Below, in pieces: positions 42,778-51,448 of a stretch of DNA of 64,000 nucleotides. The first letter of the stretch is position 1. Every line of letters begins with the position of its first letter. Source of the stretch: a phage; assembly GCA_012225525.1 (NCBI GenBank), contig GCA_012225525.1_3923.1; one strand, 5' to 3'. Position numbers and translations under genes: made by a program. The notes beneath the pieces are model-generated. The model made no database searches, was not told the origin of the DNA, and worked only from the letters and a program-made list of their open reading frames with translations.

Positions 42778-45144
42778 ATGCGCATGGTAAATGACCACGC
42801 AGAAGTGATTAAGAGTTCAACTTCTTTAGAGACGTCTCAAGCACAGATTACAATGACACCTGAGATGTTCAGCCTTTTGAGTTCTGGTGTATATACCTTT
42901 AAAGAAAGGGCAGTGATTCGTGAACTGTCATGTAACGCAGTAGATGCTCAGAAAGAAGCTGGAAAAGAGAACATCCCGTTCCATGTGCATTTACCTACTC
43001 GTTTTGAGCCTTACTTTGAAGTTCGTGATTTTGGAACTGGATTGACTCATGATAAAGTTATGAGTTTGTACCTAAACTACGGGGCTTCTACGAAGAATGA
43101 CTCTAATGACTACATTGGTGCAATGGGTATCGGCTCAAAATCCCCATTTGCAATTGCTCAGTCATTCACAGTATCTAGCTATGTTGATGGTGTTGTTAAT
43201 AAGTACTCTGTTTATCTTGAGAATGGTATCCCTCAAGTAACTAAGCTGACCACTAACCCAACAAAAGAACCTAATGGTTTAGCTGTACGTGTGGCAGTTG
43301 CTGACCACCGTATCTCAAAGTTCTTTGAAGAAGCTGGAAATGTGTACTCATACTTCACTGTAAAACCAGAAAGTAATATTGAGTACGACGATGTATTAGC
43401 AGATATGAACGTCATTGCCCGTGAAGAAGGTGTTTATGATGCCATGATTCATAAGCAAAGCTGGCGTTCTAGTGGTAATAGGACAGAGTTTAATGTGGTG
43501 ATGGGTAATATTGCCTATCCAGTGAACATGGAAGCATTACTTGGTGATGATTTCTTCAAAGTCTTGCCAGAGTTTTTCCGTAGGAGCGTAGACCTTGTAA
43601 ACATCTACATGCCTATTGGTTCAGTTGCTATAGCCGCTTCTCGTGAAGCATTGCAGATGAATGATACGACAAAAAATGTTATCATCGAGGCTACCAAAAA
43701 GATAACTGAAGCAATTACAAAGGATGTTATCAAGAAAGTTAATAGCCAACCTACACTGATGGATGCTGCACAGGCTTATGCAGAGTTACGTTTGAACTCA
43801 CGAGAGATGTTTAATGCTGTGTGTCCAAAGCTAGAGTGGGGAGGCGTTAAGCTTGATTCTCTGGAAGAAGAATTGTTAAACATTCGTCGTGGAATTATCT
43901 ACGCAGAAGACGGCTCAGTCATTTATGAACGTGACGGTAAAGGCAATATTAAGGTTGATAGGAACGGGAATAATATCCCTAAAGTAGATTATCTTTATAA
44001 CCCAGTTGCTTATGTCAAGTTCAACTCTTTAGAGAGTAAGATTCGTGCAACAGCACTTTCCTACACTCAAGAGGCAAGTATGTTCAATATCTTTGGTGCA
44101 ATGCGTAAAAGCCAAATTGAACAGTTTTTGTTCGTGATTAATGACCGTCGCAATAAAAACGGTACTGAGAAGACTGTAGGACGCAATCAAATCTTGCGTG
44201 GTGCATGTCGAGACTACGCTAACGAGTCAAGTCTGTTCCACAGATACAATGGTATTGTGTTTGTATTCTCGACTGAGAAAGAGCTAGATGACTTAATCAA
44301 TCTGCACAAACTTGATAAAAGCTTGTTAAAGATTGTGAAGATGTCTGATAAGGAACATCACTATCAGCGTAAAGAAGCTGTAAGAGGTGTTGTAAAACTC
44401 TGGAAAGCTGTTCCAGCAGAAGGTGTAGCTTCCTATAAAGAGGTTTCAGAGGACTTTGATACAATTGAAGAACCTCAGCTTTACATTAAGGCAGTTGGTG
44501 ACACAGTTGATGGCGAATGTTTTTGCTCATCTCCAGAAGATGTGGCTAAGTCAGTTGCTAATGTTATAGGGAAGACAGTCTATGTTTTCCGAAAAGCAAA
44601 TTGGAAAAAGATACCAGAAGACTGGATTGAAGTAGATGAGAAGCTCTTGAACGACAGCTTAACTGATGTTCATTGGATTAATCATAACAGGTATATGACA
44701 CGCATCTACATGAATGGTGTTCTTGACCTTACAAGCAGTTGGATTATTGCCAGAAACTTTACATTCAATAACAGGAAGATTTCTCGTGGCTATTGCTATT
44801 CACGAGATACTAGCAAAACTATCTTCCTAGAAGGTAATGAAGAGGCTGTAGAGGCTATGTTCGGTAAAATCCAGTATGTTGCTGCACCGTTTGCATACAC
44901 TTACACTATTAGCAGATTGCAAACTTTGAAAGAATGCCTTGACAATGATACAAAGCTTTACAAGAAAATTAAGAAAGCTGGTGACCGTATGGTTATTAAG
45001 GTGACAAACTACCTTTCAAAAAGAAAACAAGAAAACTTCTTGCTTTCTCATTTAGATTGGAATAAAGTGTCACCCATCGAAGTGAGTAAGTTCTTAGGCT
45101 TTGATGTGAAGTGTGTTCCAGAAGGAACTACAGTTTACGATTAA
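42778..45144 (+). CDS. rIIA: rIIA-like protein (membrane-associated GHKL-ATPase-like)
   Basis: N-terminal region tracks T4 rIIA as recalled from memory: FSLLSSGVYTFKERAVIRELSCNAVDA, RDFGTGL, NDYIGAMGIGSKSPF. Confidence 0.8.
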   Translation: MRMVNDHAEVIKSSTSLETSQAQITMTPEMFSLLSSGVYTFKERAVIRELSCNAVDAQKEAGKENIPFHVHLPTRFEPYFEVRDFGTGLTHDKVMSLYLNYGASTKNDSNDYIGAMGIGSKSPFAIAQSFTVSSYVDGVVNKYSVYLENGIPQVTKLTTNPTKEPNGLAVRVAVADHRISKFFEEAGNVYSYFTVKPESNIEYDDVLADMNVIAREEGVYDAMIHKQSWRSSGNRTEFNVVMGNIAYPVNMEALLGDDFFKVLPEFFRRSVDLVNIYMPIGSVAIAASREALQMNDTTKNVIIEATKKITEAITKDVIKKVNSQPTLMDAAQAYAELRLNSREMFNAVCPKLEWGGVKLDSLEEELLNIRRGIIYAEDGSVIYERDGKGNIKVDRNGNNIPKVDYLYNPVAYVKFNSLESKIRATALSYTQEASMFNIFGAMRKSQIEQFLFVINDRRNKNGTEKTVGRNQILRGACRDYANESSLFHRYNGIVFVFSTEKELDDLINLHKLDKSLLKIVKMSDKEHHYQRKEAVRGVVKLWKAVPAEGVASYKEVSEDFDTIEEPQLYIKAVGDTVDGECFCSSPEDVAKSVANVIGKTVYVFRKANWKKIPEDWIEVDEKLLNDSLTDVHWINHNRYMTRIYMNGVLDLTSSWIIARNFTFNNRKISRGYCYSRDTSKTIFLEGNEEAVEAMFGKIQYVAAPFAYTYTISRLQTLKECLDNDTKLYKKIKKAGDRMVIKVTNYLSKRKQENFLLSHLDWNKVSPIEVSKFLGFDVKCVPEGTTVYD

Positions 45145-45149
45145 AGTGT

Positions 45150-45180
45150 TTGACAAGGGGCTTCAAAGCCCCTTAGAATA
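45150..45180 (+). promoter_or_regulatory. putative promoter with hairpin in the spacer, overlapping rIIA terminator-like hairpin
   Basis: TTGACA-AGGGGCTTcaaAGCCCCT-TAGAAT; the hairpin occupies the 18-nt spacer. Confidence 0.4.
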
Positions 45181-45223
45181 GCCTTACAAAATGATTTATT
45201 AACTAACAAGAGAGAGTAATAAG

Positions 45224-46333
45224 ATGACTACTAAAACTAAAGCACAGATTGACGCAGAAATTTACAAACTGGTTAAAGAAGGTAAGCTGACTAAAACAGC
45301 TATTGCACAGAAATTTAATACTTCAACCCGTTCAGTTGGTCGTGCTGTAGAGCGTCATGAAGCAACCTTAAAAGGGAATAAGAAGGCGACTTCTACACCA
45401 GCTACGAAAACTTTGAAGCAAGTTGCTAAGACCTTTAAGAAGAAAGCTGGCAAACCAGTTGAAAAGGCTGTTAAAGACACTGTACAGAAAGCTCCAGTAA
45501 ATAAACTGCACGAAGCTATGCAGAAAGATGACAAGATTGAGTACATGATTACTGGTGATTCTGTAATTATGACTTATGGTTCAGAATCTGAAATTGTTGA
45601 GTCTACTCATCCGAACTATCAAGAGATTGTAGTTCATGTTGTGAAAGGTGAGTTCAAGAAAGCATTTGAACTGATGAACATTCGTAAGTCTATCGAAAAC
45701 TTCACTCAGGGTGCTATCACAATCAAAGGTGACAAGCTATTCTACGGTGCTGTTGAGATGCGTTCTACTCTGGTTGACCGTATTCTTCACATGATGAAAA
45801 CTGGCGATAAAGGTTTTGAACGACTTGTAATGTTCTTCGAAAAACTGATGGAAAACCCATCTAAAGATTCTGTAGAACAACTTTGGGGATTTGTATCTCA
45901 CCTTGATGTTGAAATTGATGAAGAAGGCTACATCATTGGTTGGAAGAAAGTCTCTACTCGTGAAGGCAAGCTGGTTGACTCTCACACCTACAAAGTTCCT
46001 AATGATTTGGGTAACATTGTAGAAATGCCACGTTGGATGGTTGATAATAACCGTAACGTAACTTGCTCTCAAGGTCTTCATGTTGGTGCTTGGGATTATG
46101 TTCGTTGCTTCTCAGGTGATACAATCCTGAAGGTTCGCGTACATCCACGAGATGTTGTATCTGTTCCAACTGATTACAACGATATGAAGATGCGTTCCTC
46201 TCGTTATGAAGTTGCAGCAATCGTTGATAATCAACGTAAAGTGCTGGAAGCATGGGACGGTAAGACTGAAGCTTTGCATGTCATCGTTGGCACTGCTGGT
46301 GAACTCATCTCTCAACGTAAACGTGAAATCTAA
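45224..46333 (+). CDS. rIIB: rIIB-like protein
   Basis: 369 aa ORF directly after rIIA, the conserved rIIA-rIIB order; no independently verifiable motif. Confidence 0.5.
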   Translation: MTTKTKAQIDAEIYKLVKEGKLTKTAIAQKFNTSTRSVGRAVERHEATLKGNKKATSTPATKTLKQVAKTFKKKAGKPVEKAVKDTVQKAPVNKLHEAMQKDDKIEYMITGDSVIMTYGSESEIVESTHPNYQEIVVHVVKGEFKKAFELMNIRKSIENFTQGAITIKGDKLFYGAVEMRSTLVDRILHMMKTGDKGFERLVMFFEKLMENPSKDSVEQLWGFVSHLDVEIDEEGYIIGWKKVSTREGKLVDSHTYKVPNDLGNIVEMPRWMVDNNRNVTCSQGLHVGAWDYVRCFSGDTILKVRVHPRDVVSVPTDYNDMKMRSSRYEVAAIVDNQRKVLEAWDGKTEALHVIVGTAGELISQRKREI

Positions 46334-46350
46334 TAAGTAATTTCTTAAAA

Positions 46351-46372
46351 GGCTGCTTCGGCGGCCTTTTTT
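46351..46372 (+). terminator. intrinsic terminator
   Basis: GGCTGC-ttcg-GCGGCC hairpin followed by TTTTTTATTT. Confidence 0.65.
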
Positions 46373-46374
46373 AT

Positions 46375-46402
46375 TTGTATTTTGTGCAGAGTGCTGTATA
46401 AT
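46375..46402 (+). promoter_or_regulatory. putative sigma70-like promoter
   Basis: TTGTAT, 16-nt spacer, TG-TATAAT (46397-46402) upstream of the transglycosylase gene. Confidence 0.4.
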
Positions 46403-46433
46403 TGTTGTCACGATAAACTAAACAGGAGAACCA

Positions 46434-46982
46434 ATGAAGAAATTGATTCTAGGTTTGTGCTTAATGTTTACAGCACACTTATCTTATGCAGTTGACTGCC
46501 CAGAGCTATCAATTAGCCAAAAAGTGAACATGTTAAAAGCTTACCAGTATGGTGAGAATAACATGGGTAAAGGTTGGGGTATCACTCTAGCAGCTATAGC
46601 CTTACAAGAGTCAGAGTTAGGTCTGAAGGTAGAAAATAAAAAGACCCATGACTATGGTATCTTCCAGAATCACTTGAAGACTGTTGTAAAGCGTAACAAA
46701 ATTAGTCCTAATGTTGCTAAAAAGAAACTCTTAAAAGATTTTGACTATGCCGCAAAAGAAACACATAAAGAGCTTGAGTTTTGGACGAAGGTACATGGTC
46801 ACCCAAAGTCAAAGAAGACTTTACAAAAAGTTTTAGCATCATATAATGCTGGGTATTCGTACAGAATCCCTAAAGCTAAGAAATACTCTCAAGATGTCTA
46901 TAACAATATGAAAGTTATCGCTCAATGTGAATTTGCAACAAACATTTCTAAGGTAAATCATGAAAAAATTAAGAAAGTCTGA
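46434..46982 (+). CDS. secreted lytic transglycosylase (SLT domain)
   Basis: Signal peptide MKKLILGLCLMFTAHLSYA; SLT-like motifs ALQESELG (catalytic Glu-Ser), YGIFQ and SYNAGY. Confidence 0.55.
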   Translation: MKKLILGLCLMFTAHLSYAVDCPELSISQKVNMLKAYQYGENNMGKGWGITLAAIALQESELGLKVENKKTHDYGIFQNHLKTVVKRNKISPNVAKKKLLKDFDYAAKETHKELEFWTKVHGHPKSKKTLQKVLASYNAGYSYRIPKAKKYSQDVYNNMKVIAQCEFATNISKVNHEKIKKV

Positions 46983-47655
46983 TGAAGTCCTGTGCCACGC
47001 TTATGACTTGCATCCTCATGAGTTAGGTCTTGATTCCTGTGTATGGACTCCAGAACAGTGCAGAGATTTTGAAGACACTGCAAGAGAGGTTGTATGTTCA
47101 CTTGAAGAGTTCCACACATCAGAACCCATTGTGAACGTTGTGGACAAAGAGACTGGACAAACTATAGGTGTAAGGCGTGATAGTTTAGTGATAGTCAATA
47201 AAGACCTTGTAGAAAAAGGTAACCTCATCTTAGCAGATATTGATGGTGTTCTTACAAATTTTAATCACGAAGATTGCTCAACGGAATTGACTGATGGGTC
47301 ATTCTCACAGTACACTAATCTTCTTGATTCTGTAAGAGCAAAACCAACATATGTTTTCAACATTATTGATGCAATTGCAAATCATGCAGCAGTTGGACTC
47401 TTGACAGCAAGAGGTGAATCTCAGAGAATACCTACTGAGATGTTTTTAAGGCACAATATAGAGCATGATTACTTGCTTTTTATGCGTGGTTTTGGAACTA
47501 ACTCTATAAGTGCAGAAAGTTTGAAAGTGAGGATGATTCAGTCTTGCATTCTTCCTTACTTTAATATAGTATGCTTTATAGAAGATACAGAGAAGAATGT
47601 TCAGAAGGTAAACAGAATCCTTCCACACATTAAAACCATGTTAGTTAAACATTGA
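46960..47655 (+). CDS. putative HAD-superfamily phosphatase
   Basis: Motif I-like LILADIDGVL and C-terminal acidic FIEDTEKN; weak. Confidence 0.35.
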   Translation: MKKLRKSDEVLCHAYDLHPHELGLDSCVWTPEQCRDFEDTAREVVCSLEEFHTSEPIVNVVDKETGQTIGVRRDSLVIVNKDLVEKGNLILADIDGVLTNFNHEDCSTELTDGSFSQYTNLLDSVRAKPTYVFNIIDAIANHAAVGLLTARGESQRIPTEMFLRHNIEHDYLLFMRGFGTNSISAESLKVRMIQSCILPYFNIVCFIEDTEKNVQKVNRILPHIKTMLVKH

Positions 47656-48131
47656 GAGAAGAACTTATGAACAATATCATTACGGTAGCACTGGACGATA
47701 CGGCAAACAAATCTGAAGTAGTTCGTAAAATGATTCAAGGTAACTTTGAAGGTAAAATTTTCCGTGCTGTTAATGTAAAAGCTGATGGCAGCATTCGTGA
47801 ATATCGTGCATTGTTGAACGTTAAGAAGCACGTAAAAGGTGTTGGTTCAACGACTGCACACAAAGAAAACCTGATGACTATCTATGATATGGGTAAGGCT
47901 TCAGAGTTAGGTGCTGAAGGTATCGTTAAAGAAGGTGCTCCGTATCGCTCTTTCAATCTGGAAACTACCCTTATGCTTTCCTTTACAAGTGGTTCCAAAA
48001 CAATCACTTATCTCTTTACTGATGCTGCAACGGTATCTGCTATTAAGGATAGCACTGTCAAAGCTGGCGTAGTTGCTGCTGCAAAAGCTTCTTCGATGGC
48101 TGCGAATATCCTTGCTAAAGTCCTCGGTTAA
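47652..48131 (+). CDS. hypothetical protein
   Basis: 159 aa ORF followed by a strong terminator. Confidence 0.45.
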   Translation: MREELMNNIITVALDDTANKSEVVRKMIQGNFEGKIFRAVNVKADGSIREYRALLNVKKHVKGVGSTTAHKENLMTIYDMGKASELGAEGIVKEGAPYRSFNLETTLMLSFTSGSKTITYLFTDAATVSAIKDSTVKAGVVAAAKASSMAANILAKVLG

Positions 48132-48142
48132 GGTTAAGATAC

Positions 48143-48165
48143 AGGCTCCTTCGGGAGCCTTTTTC
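48143..48165 (+). terminator. intrinsic terminator
   Basis: GGCTCC-ttcg-GGAGCC hairpin followed by TTTTTC. Confidence 0.7.
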
Positions 48166-48183
48166 ATTTCAGGAGATTGTTAA

Positions 48184-48531
48184 ATGACATTTAAAGAGTT
48201 CTGTCAAGCTACTTTCATAATTGTTTTCTTAGTTGGGACAGGTGTCTGGGGAGGATACTCTTACAGAGACTACCAAGTTGCTGAAACTGAGCTAAACAAC
48301 CAGAAGCTAATAAGTGTTGCTAAAGATGCTTATCAGGAAGGATTAGCTACACTGAGCACCAATTACAAAAATGATTTGAAAGACGTGCTTGCTAAGAATA
48401 AGCACACAAAAGAGGTACTGACATATGAAAAGACTAAGCCAGAGTTTTATAATGTTTGTGTTACTGATAACTATGTCAGGGTGTTCAACGAACAAAGTGA
48501 ACAGTACATTCAAAAACTCCCAAGTAAGTGA
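48184..48531 (+). CDS. putative i-spanin (Rz-like) membrane protein
   Basis: 115 aa, N-terminal TM helix (FIIVFLVGTGVWGGY) then charged helical periplasmic region; 3' end overlapped out of frame by a lipoprotein ORF. Confidence 0.4.
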   Translation: MTFKEFCQATFIIVFLVGTGVWGGYSYRDYQVAETELNNQKLISVAKDAYQEGLATLSTNYKNDLKDVLAKNKHTKEVLTYEKTKPEFYNVCVTDNYVRVFNEQSEQYIQKLPSK

Positions 48532-48694
48532 GAGTGATAAGTACACTCAAGAAGAATCACGGTATATCATCAAAGGCAACACAGGCAGTGATGTAGCAGC
48601 AGCACTTGAGTTCTACCGTGACGGCTTTTACCAGTGTACAATTAAAGCTAATAACCTTATTGACATGATTTTATTAGGGAATAAGCAGCAATGA
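48425..48694 (+). CDS. putative o-spanin (Rz1-like) lipoprotein
   Basis: 89 aa; lipobox LLITMSGC; starts inside the previous gene in another frame. Confidence 0.4.
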   Translation: MKRLSQSFIMFVLLITMSGCSTNKVNSTFKNSQVSESDKYTQEESRYIIKGNTGSDVAAALEFYRDGFYQCTIKANNLIDMILLGNKQQ

Positions 48695-48960
48695 CAGAGA
48701 ATCAAGACACTTTCTATGTAGAAGGTTACTTACTGTTACCACGACCAAAAGAAACTTATATGCGAATCGATTTCTTACCAACCATTATGGATAATGTGAT
48801 GTGTCATATCTTTATGCAAGGTGTCACAGCACAGCTTAAGCATGTTGGTAAAGATTGCAAAATAAAGGTTGACACTCATCCAGAAATCAAAGAGAATCAC
48901 TACACATGGTTCTTACCAGATTCTAAAGAAATCTTAGCAGTTCTTAAAACGAGGAAGTAA
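48691..48960 (+). CDS. hypothetical protein
   Basis: 89 aa ORF. Confidence 0.4.
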   Translation: MTENQDTFYVEGYLLLPRPKETYMRIDFLPTIMDNVMCHIFMQGVTAQLKHVGKDCKIKVDTHPEIKENHYTWFLPDSKEILAVLKTRK

Positions 48961-48962
48961 CT

Positions 48963-49289
48963 ATGCAGATTAATGGAAGAGACTTTGTAGCCGTTTACTA
49001 CGAGAAAGATAAAGAAGTTGGCGTAGCACAAGTGTCTTATAGCAATGGTAAGTGGCTATATGGAACAATCGCAGTAGTTGGAACAAGAAGTGATACAAAA
49101 ACTTTTAAAGATTGTGTTGACCTTCTTGAAGAATCCATTCAGAATCATTGGTGTCTGATATGGATGACTGACAATGAAGTGATAGAACGCTTCAAAAAGA
49201 TTGATATCAACATTGATAGTATTGAGCATGTTGATTTATATGAGCTAACTGAGAAGGTAAACTATGAGAGTAATTCTAGCCAGAGATAA
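48963..49289 (+). CDS. hypothetical protein
   Basis: 108 aa ORF. Confidence 0.4.
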   Translation: MQINGRDFVAVYYEKDKEVGVAQVSYSNGKWLYGTIAVVGTRSDTKTFKDCVDLLEESIQNHWCLIWMTDNEVIERFKKIDINIDSIEHVDLYELTEKVNYESNSSQR

Positions 49290-49491
49290 AAAGACACGGA
49301 AACTCATCCGGTCAGCAGTATTCATTGGAAGAAATGAAGTCATCCCGTTTACAGCAAACGATGTGATAGCCTACAGGAAAAACTTAGTATTTAGTGATTG
49401 CTTGCGTGGCTTCATCTCCCAACCGTTGGAAGACTTTAAAAGCCGTTGTGGTAAAGGTATCATCATTCAAGAGGCAATTATCAATGGCTGA
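49264..49491 (+). CDS. hypothetical protein
   Basis: 75 aa ORF. Confidence 0.35.
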   Translation: MRVILARDKKTRKLIRSAVFIGRNEVIPFTANDVIAYRKNLVFSDCLRGFISQPLEDFKSRCGKGIIIQEAIING

Positions 49492-49684
49492 CTTCTGCAA
49501 AGACTGTTCTATAGAAATGTTTGGACGTGATACAGGTGACTTAAAAGGTCTTATCACTGAGGATGACTTTAAAGCTGGCTACGCAATGCCAGTAATCTGT
49601 GAAGGCTGTGGGTGCATCTGGGTAGACCACGAAGGACAGCGTGTAAAACCTTCAGAAGATAAAGAGTCTTGGGAGAGATGTTAA
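49484..49684 (+). CDS. small zinc-ribbon protein
   Basis: Start at internal ATG 49484 (MADFCKDCS...CEGCGC); 67 codons (66 aa plus stop). Confidence 0.4.
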   Translation: MADFCKDCSIEMFGRDTGDLKGLITEDDFKAGYAMPVICEGCGCIWVDHEGQRVKPSEDKESWERC

Positions 49685-50470
49685 ATGGGTATTGTAAAAA
49701 TAATCAATGGTGATATCTTTGCCGCATTTGATAAAGGTAAGTTTGACATCATCGGTCACGGTTGCAACTGTATGAATTTAATGGGTGCAGGTATCGCTGA
49801 CAAGATTTCTAAACTTTACCCAAAAGCATATGAGACCGATACAGAAGTTTATCTATATGCAGGTGGTATAGGACACAAACCCTGTGAAAATTTACTGGGT
49901 AATTTCTCTGTAGCACGTTTAAAACAAGGTCGTATAGCTAACCTTTACACTCAGCTTAAGACTGGTAAAGATGCCCGATACAGTGCTTTAGAGTCATCTT
50001 TGAAACAGCTTAACAGATACTGTGAAGTTAATCAGTTGAAGAAAGTTGGTTTACCTATGATTGGTGCAGGTATTGGTGGGCTGGACCCTCAAGCTGTCAT
50101 AGTTATCATCAATCAGGTGATGAAGAGTGTAGATGTTTATCTGTATGTCTATGAAGGAGAGATGTACCACAAGTTACGCTCAGGTTGGAAGAACTACTGT
50201 GAACCAGAATACTTTGCAGGTGTAGCAGTGTTCACAGATAACGCAGTTACCCTCTTCAGACGAAGAAAAGGTAAGATACATCAAAGTAACCCTCCGGTTG
50301 AAAAGATGTCTCTGAGTAACGCTCTAGTTACCCACCTGTCGAAGAGCAATCACAGGATTGCAGTAACATTTGGCAGTGATGCAGATACTTATATCTATGC
50401 AAGAACTGATGAGGATATCGAGACAGTTTTCTCTTCACCAGAAGTTACCTTCTTAGACGCAAAGAACTAA
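49685..50470 (+). CDS. macrodomain protein (TARG1/DarG-like ADP-ribose-processing fold) with extra C-terminal domain
   Basis: N-terminal INGDIF...IIGHGCNCMNLMGAGIA...PMIGAGIGGLD parallels TARG1-type motifs (GDLF...H..S.DC.MGAGIA...PRIGCGLD); about 110 aa C-terminal extension of unknown fold. Confidence 0.65.
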   Translation: MGIVKIINGDIFAAFDKGKFDIIGHGCNCMNLMGAGIADKISKLYPKAYETDTEVYLYAGGIGHKPCENLLGNFSVARLKQGRIANLYTQLKTGKDARYSALESSLKQLNRYCEVNQLKKVGLPMIGAGIGGLDPQAVIVIINQVMKSVDVYLYVYEGEMYHKLRSGWKNYCEPEYFAGVAVFTDNAVTLFRRRKGKIHQSNPPVEKMSLSNALVTHLSKSNHRIAVTFGSDADTYIYARTDEDIETVFSSPEVTFLDAKN

Positions 50471-50538
50471 GAAACTCTGTAGAATATTCACAATAGACTA
50501 AGCCTTTCTTATCTGGTAAATTTTTCAGGTAAGGAGGG

Positions 50539-50724
50539 CTTTTTCATTTCAGGATTGTGCAGGTAGAGTTCTGTAGAGAAATCTGTAGAGAGAATTTTGA
50601 ACTCCAAAGAGAAAATTCATTTTCAAACTGTGCAGGTAATCTCCAAAGAGCTTTTTCATTTTCAAAACGTGCAGACCCCGCTCAGGTCGGGCAAGAAAAA
50701 TCATTTTAGAATTGTGCAGGTAGG
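50539..50724. repeat. four direct repeats of a 25-28 nt motif, followed by a C-rich tract
   Basis: CTTTTTCATTTCAGGATTGTGCAGGTAG, AAAATTCATTTTCAAACTGTGCAGGTAAT, CTTTTTCATTTTCAAAACGTGCAGACC, AAAAATCATTTTAGAATTGTGCAGGTAGG; then CCCCTCTCCCCCTCTTACTCCCCCTCTCCCC at 50748-50778. Confidence 0.7.
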
Positions 50725-50898
50725 TTTTTATAGAGAGCCAGACCAACCCCTCTCCCCCTCTTACTCCCCCTCTCCCCAAAAGTCAAGAGAAAAATTTGTA
50801 GTGGATTGAAAAATAATTCTTGATTTGTGTTCTGTTTTGTGGTAGTCGCGTGCGCCCGTTTCATTACAGTTTTGCTAAAAATATTTTTAAAAATTTTC

Positions 50899-50927
50899 TT
50901 GACTCTTTGAACGGGGTTATCTAATAT
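50899..50927 (+). promoter_or_regulatory. sigma70-like promoter heading the small-gene array
   Basis: TTGACT, 17-nt spacer, TAATAT. Confidence 0.55.
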
Positions 50928-50979
50928 TTGCATCAGACGGGGCGACAAGCTCAACAACCTTAAACTAGGAGATTCAAAA

Positions 50980-51360
50980 ATGGCATATCGTGCACCTAAA
51001 TTCATCAACAAAGACAACTTTCGCAACGCACTGGAGAAGTCACTTGATGAAAATTTTAAAGGTAACATTATCGTTGTTCACGCATTCAATTTTAAGTATG
51101 ATGTAAACGGGAATAGAATCAACCATTACACGGCAACCATGTCAGATGGTACACTTTCAAGTGAAAAAGCCGTACTAAATGCACTGGCAGGACGTGGAAA
51201 GGTATTAGTAAGATGTGATAAGAGACGTTATCAGGGCGGCGCATATGGTTATGATGATGCTGTTTACCATCTTGAAAATATGGGCTATCAAGTAGAAAAA
51301 GCTGGAGCATCACAAATCATCGGCAGCGATGGTTATGTAACAATCTTCAAAATTAACTGA
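50980..51360 (+). CDS. small early-type protein 1
   Basis: 126 aa; ATG preceded by conserved CCTTAAACTAGGAGATTCAAAA leader. Confidence 0.6.
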   Translation: MAYRAPKFINKDNFRNALEKSLDENFKGNIIVVHAFNFKYDVNGNRINHYTATMSDGTLSSEKAVLNALAGRGKVLVRCDKRRYQGGAYGYDDAVYHLENMGYQVEKAGASQIIGSDGYVTIFKIN

Positions 51361-51448
51361 TAAAGTACTTTACAAGGGGCTTATAGTTCGATAAAGTAAG
51401 CCCCAGATAAAGAGCTTTACCACTAAATCCTAAATTGGAGATTCAAAA
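51357..51448 (+). promoter_or_regulatory. type-1 intergenic cassette (hairpin plus conserved AGATAAAGAGCTTTACCACT box plus conserved RBS leader)
   Basis: GTACTTTACAAGGGGCTTAtagttcgataaagTAAGCCCCAGATAAAGAGCTTTACCACTAAATCCTAAATTGGAGATTCAAAAATG; near-identical copies at 51737, 52811, 53598, 54876. Confidence 0.7.

Noticed and set aside
50549-50809. ORFs 50549-50779 (minus) and 50597-50809 (plus)
   Set aside because: They overlap each other on opposite strands across the direct-repeat and C-tract region and have no RBS; more likely noncoding regulatory DNA.
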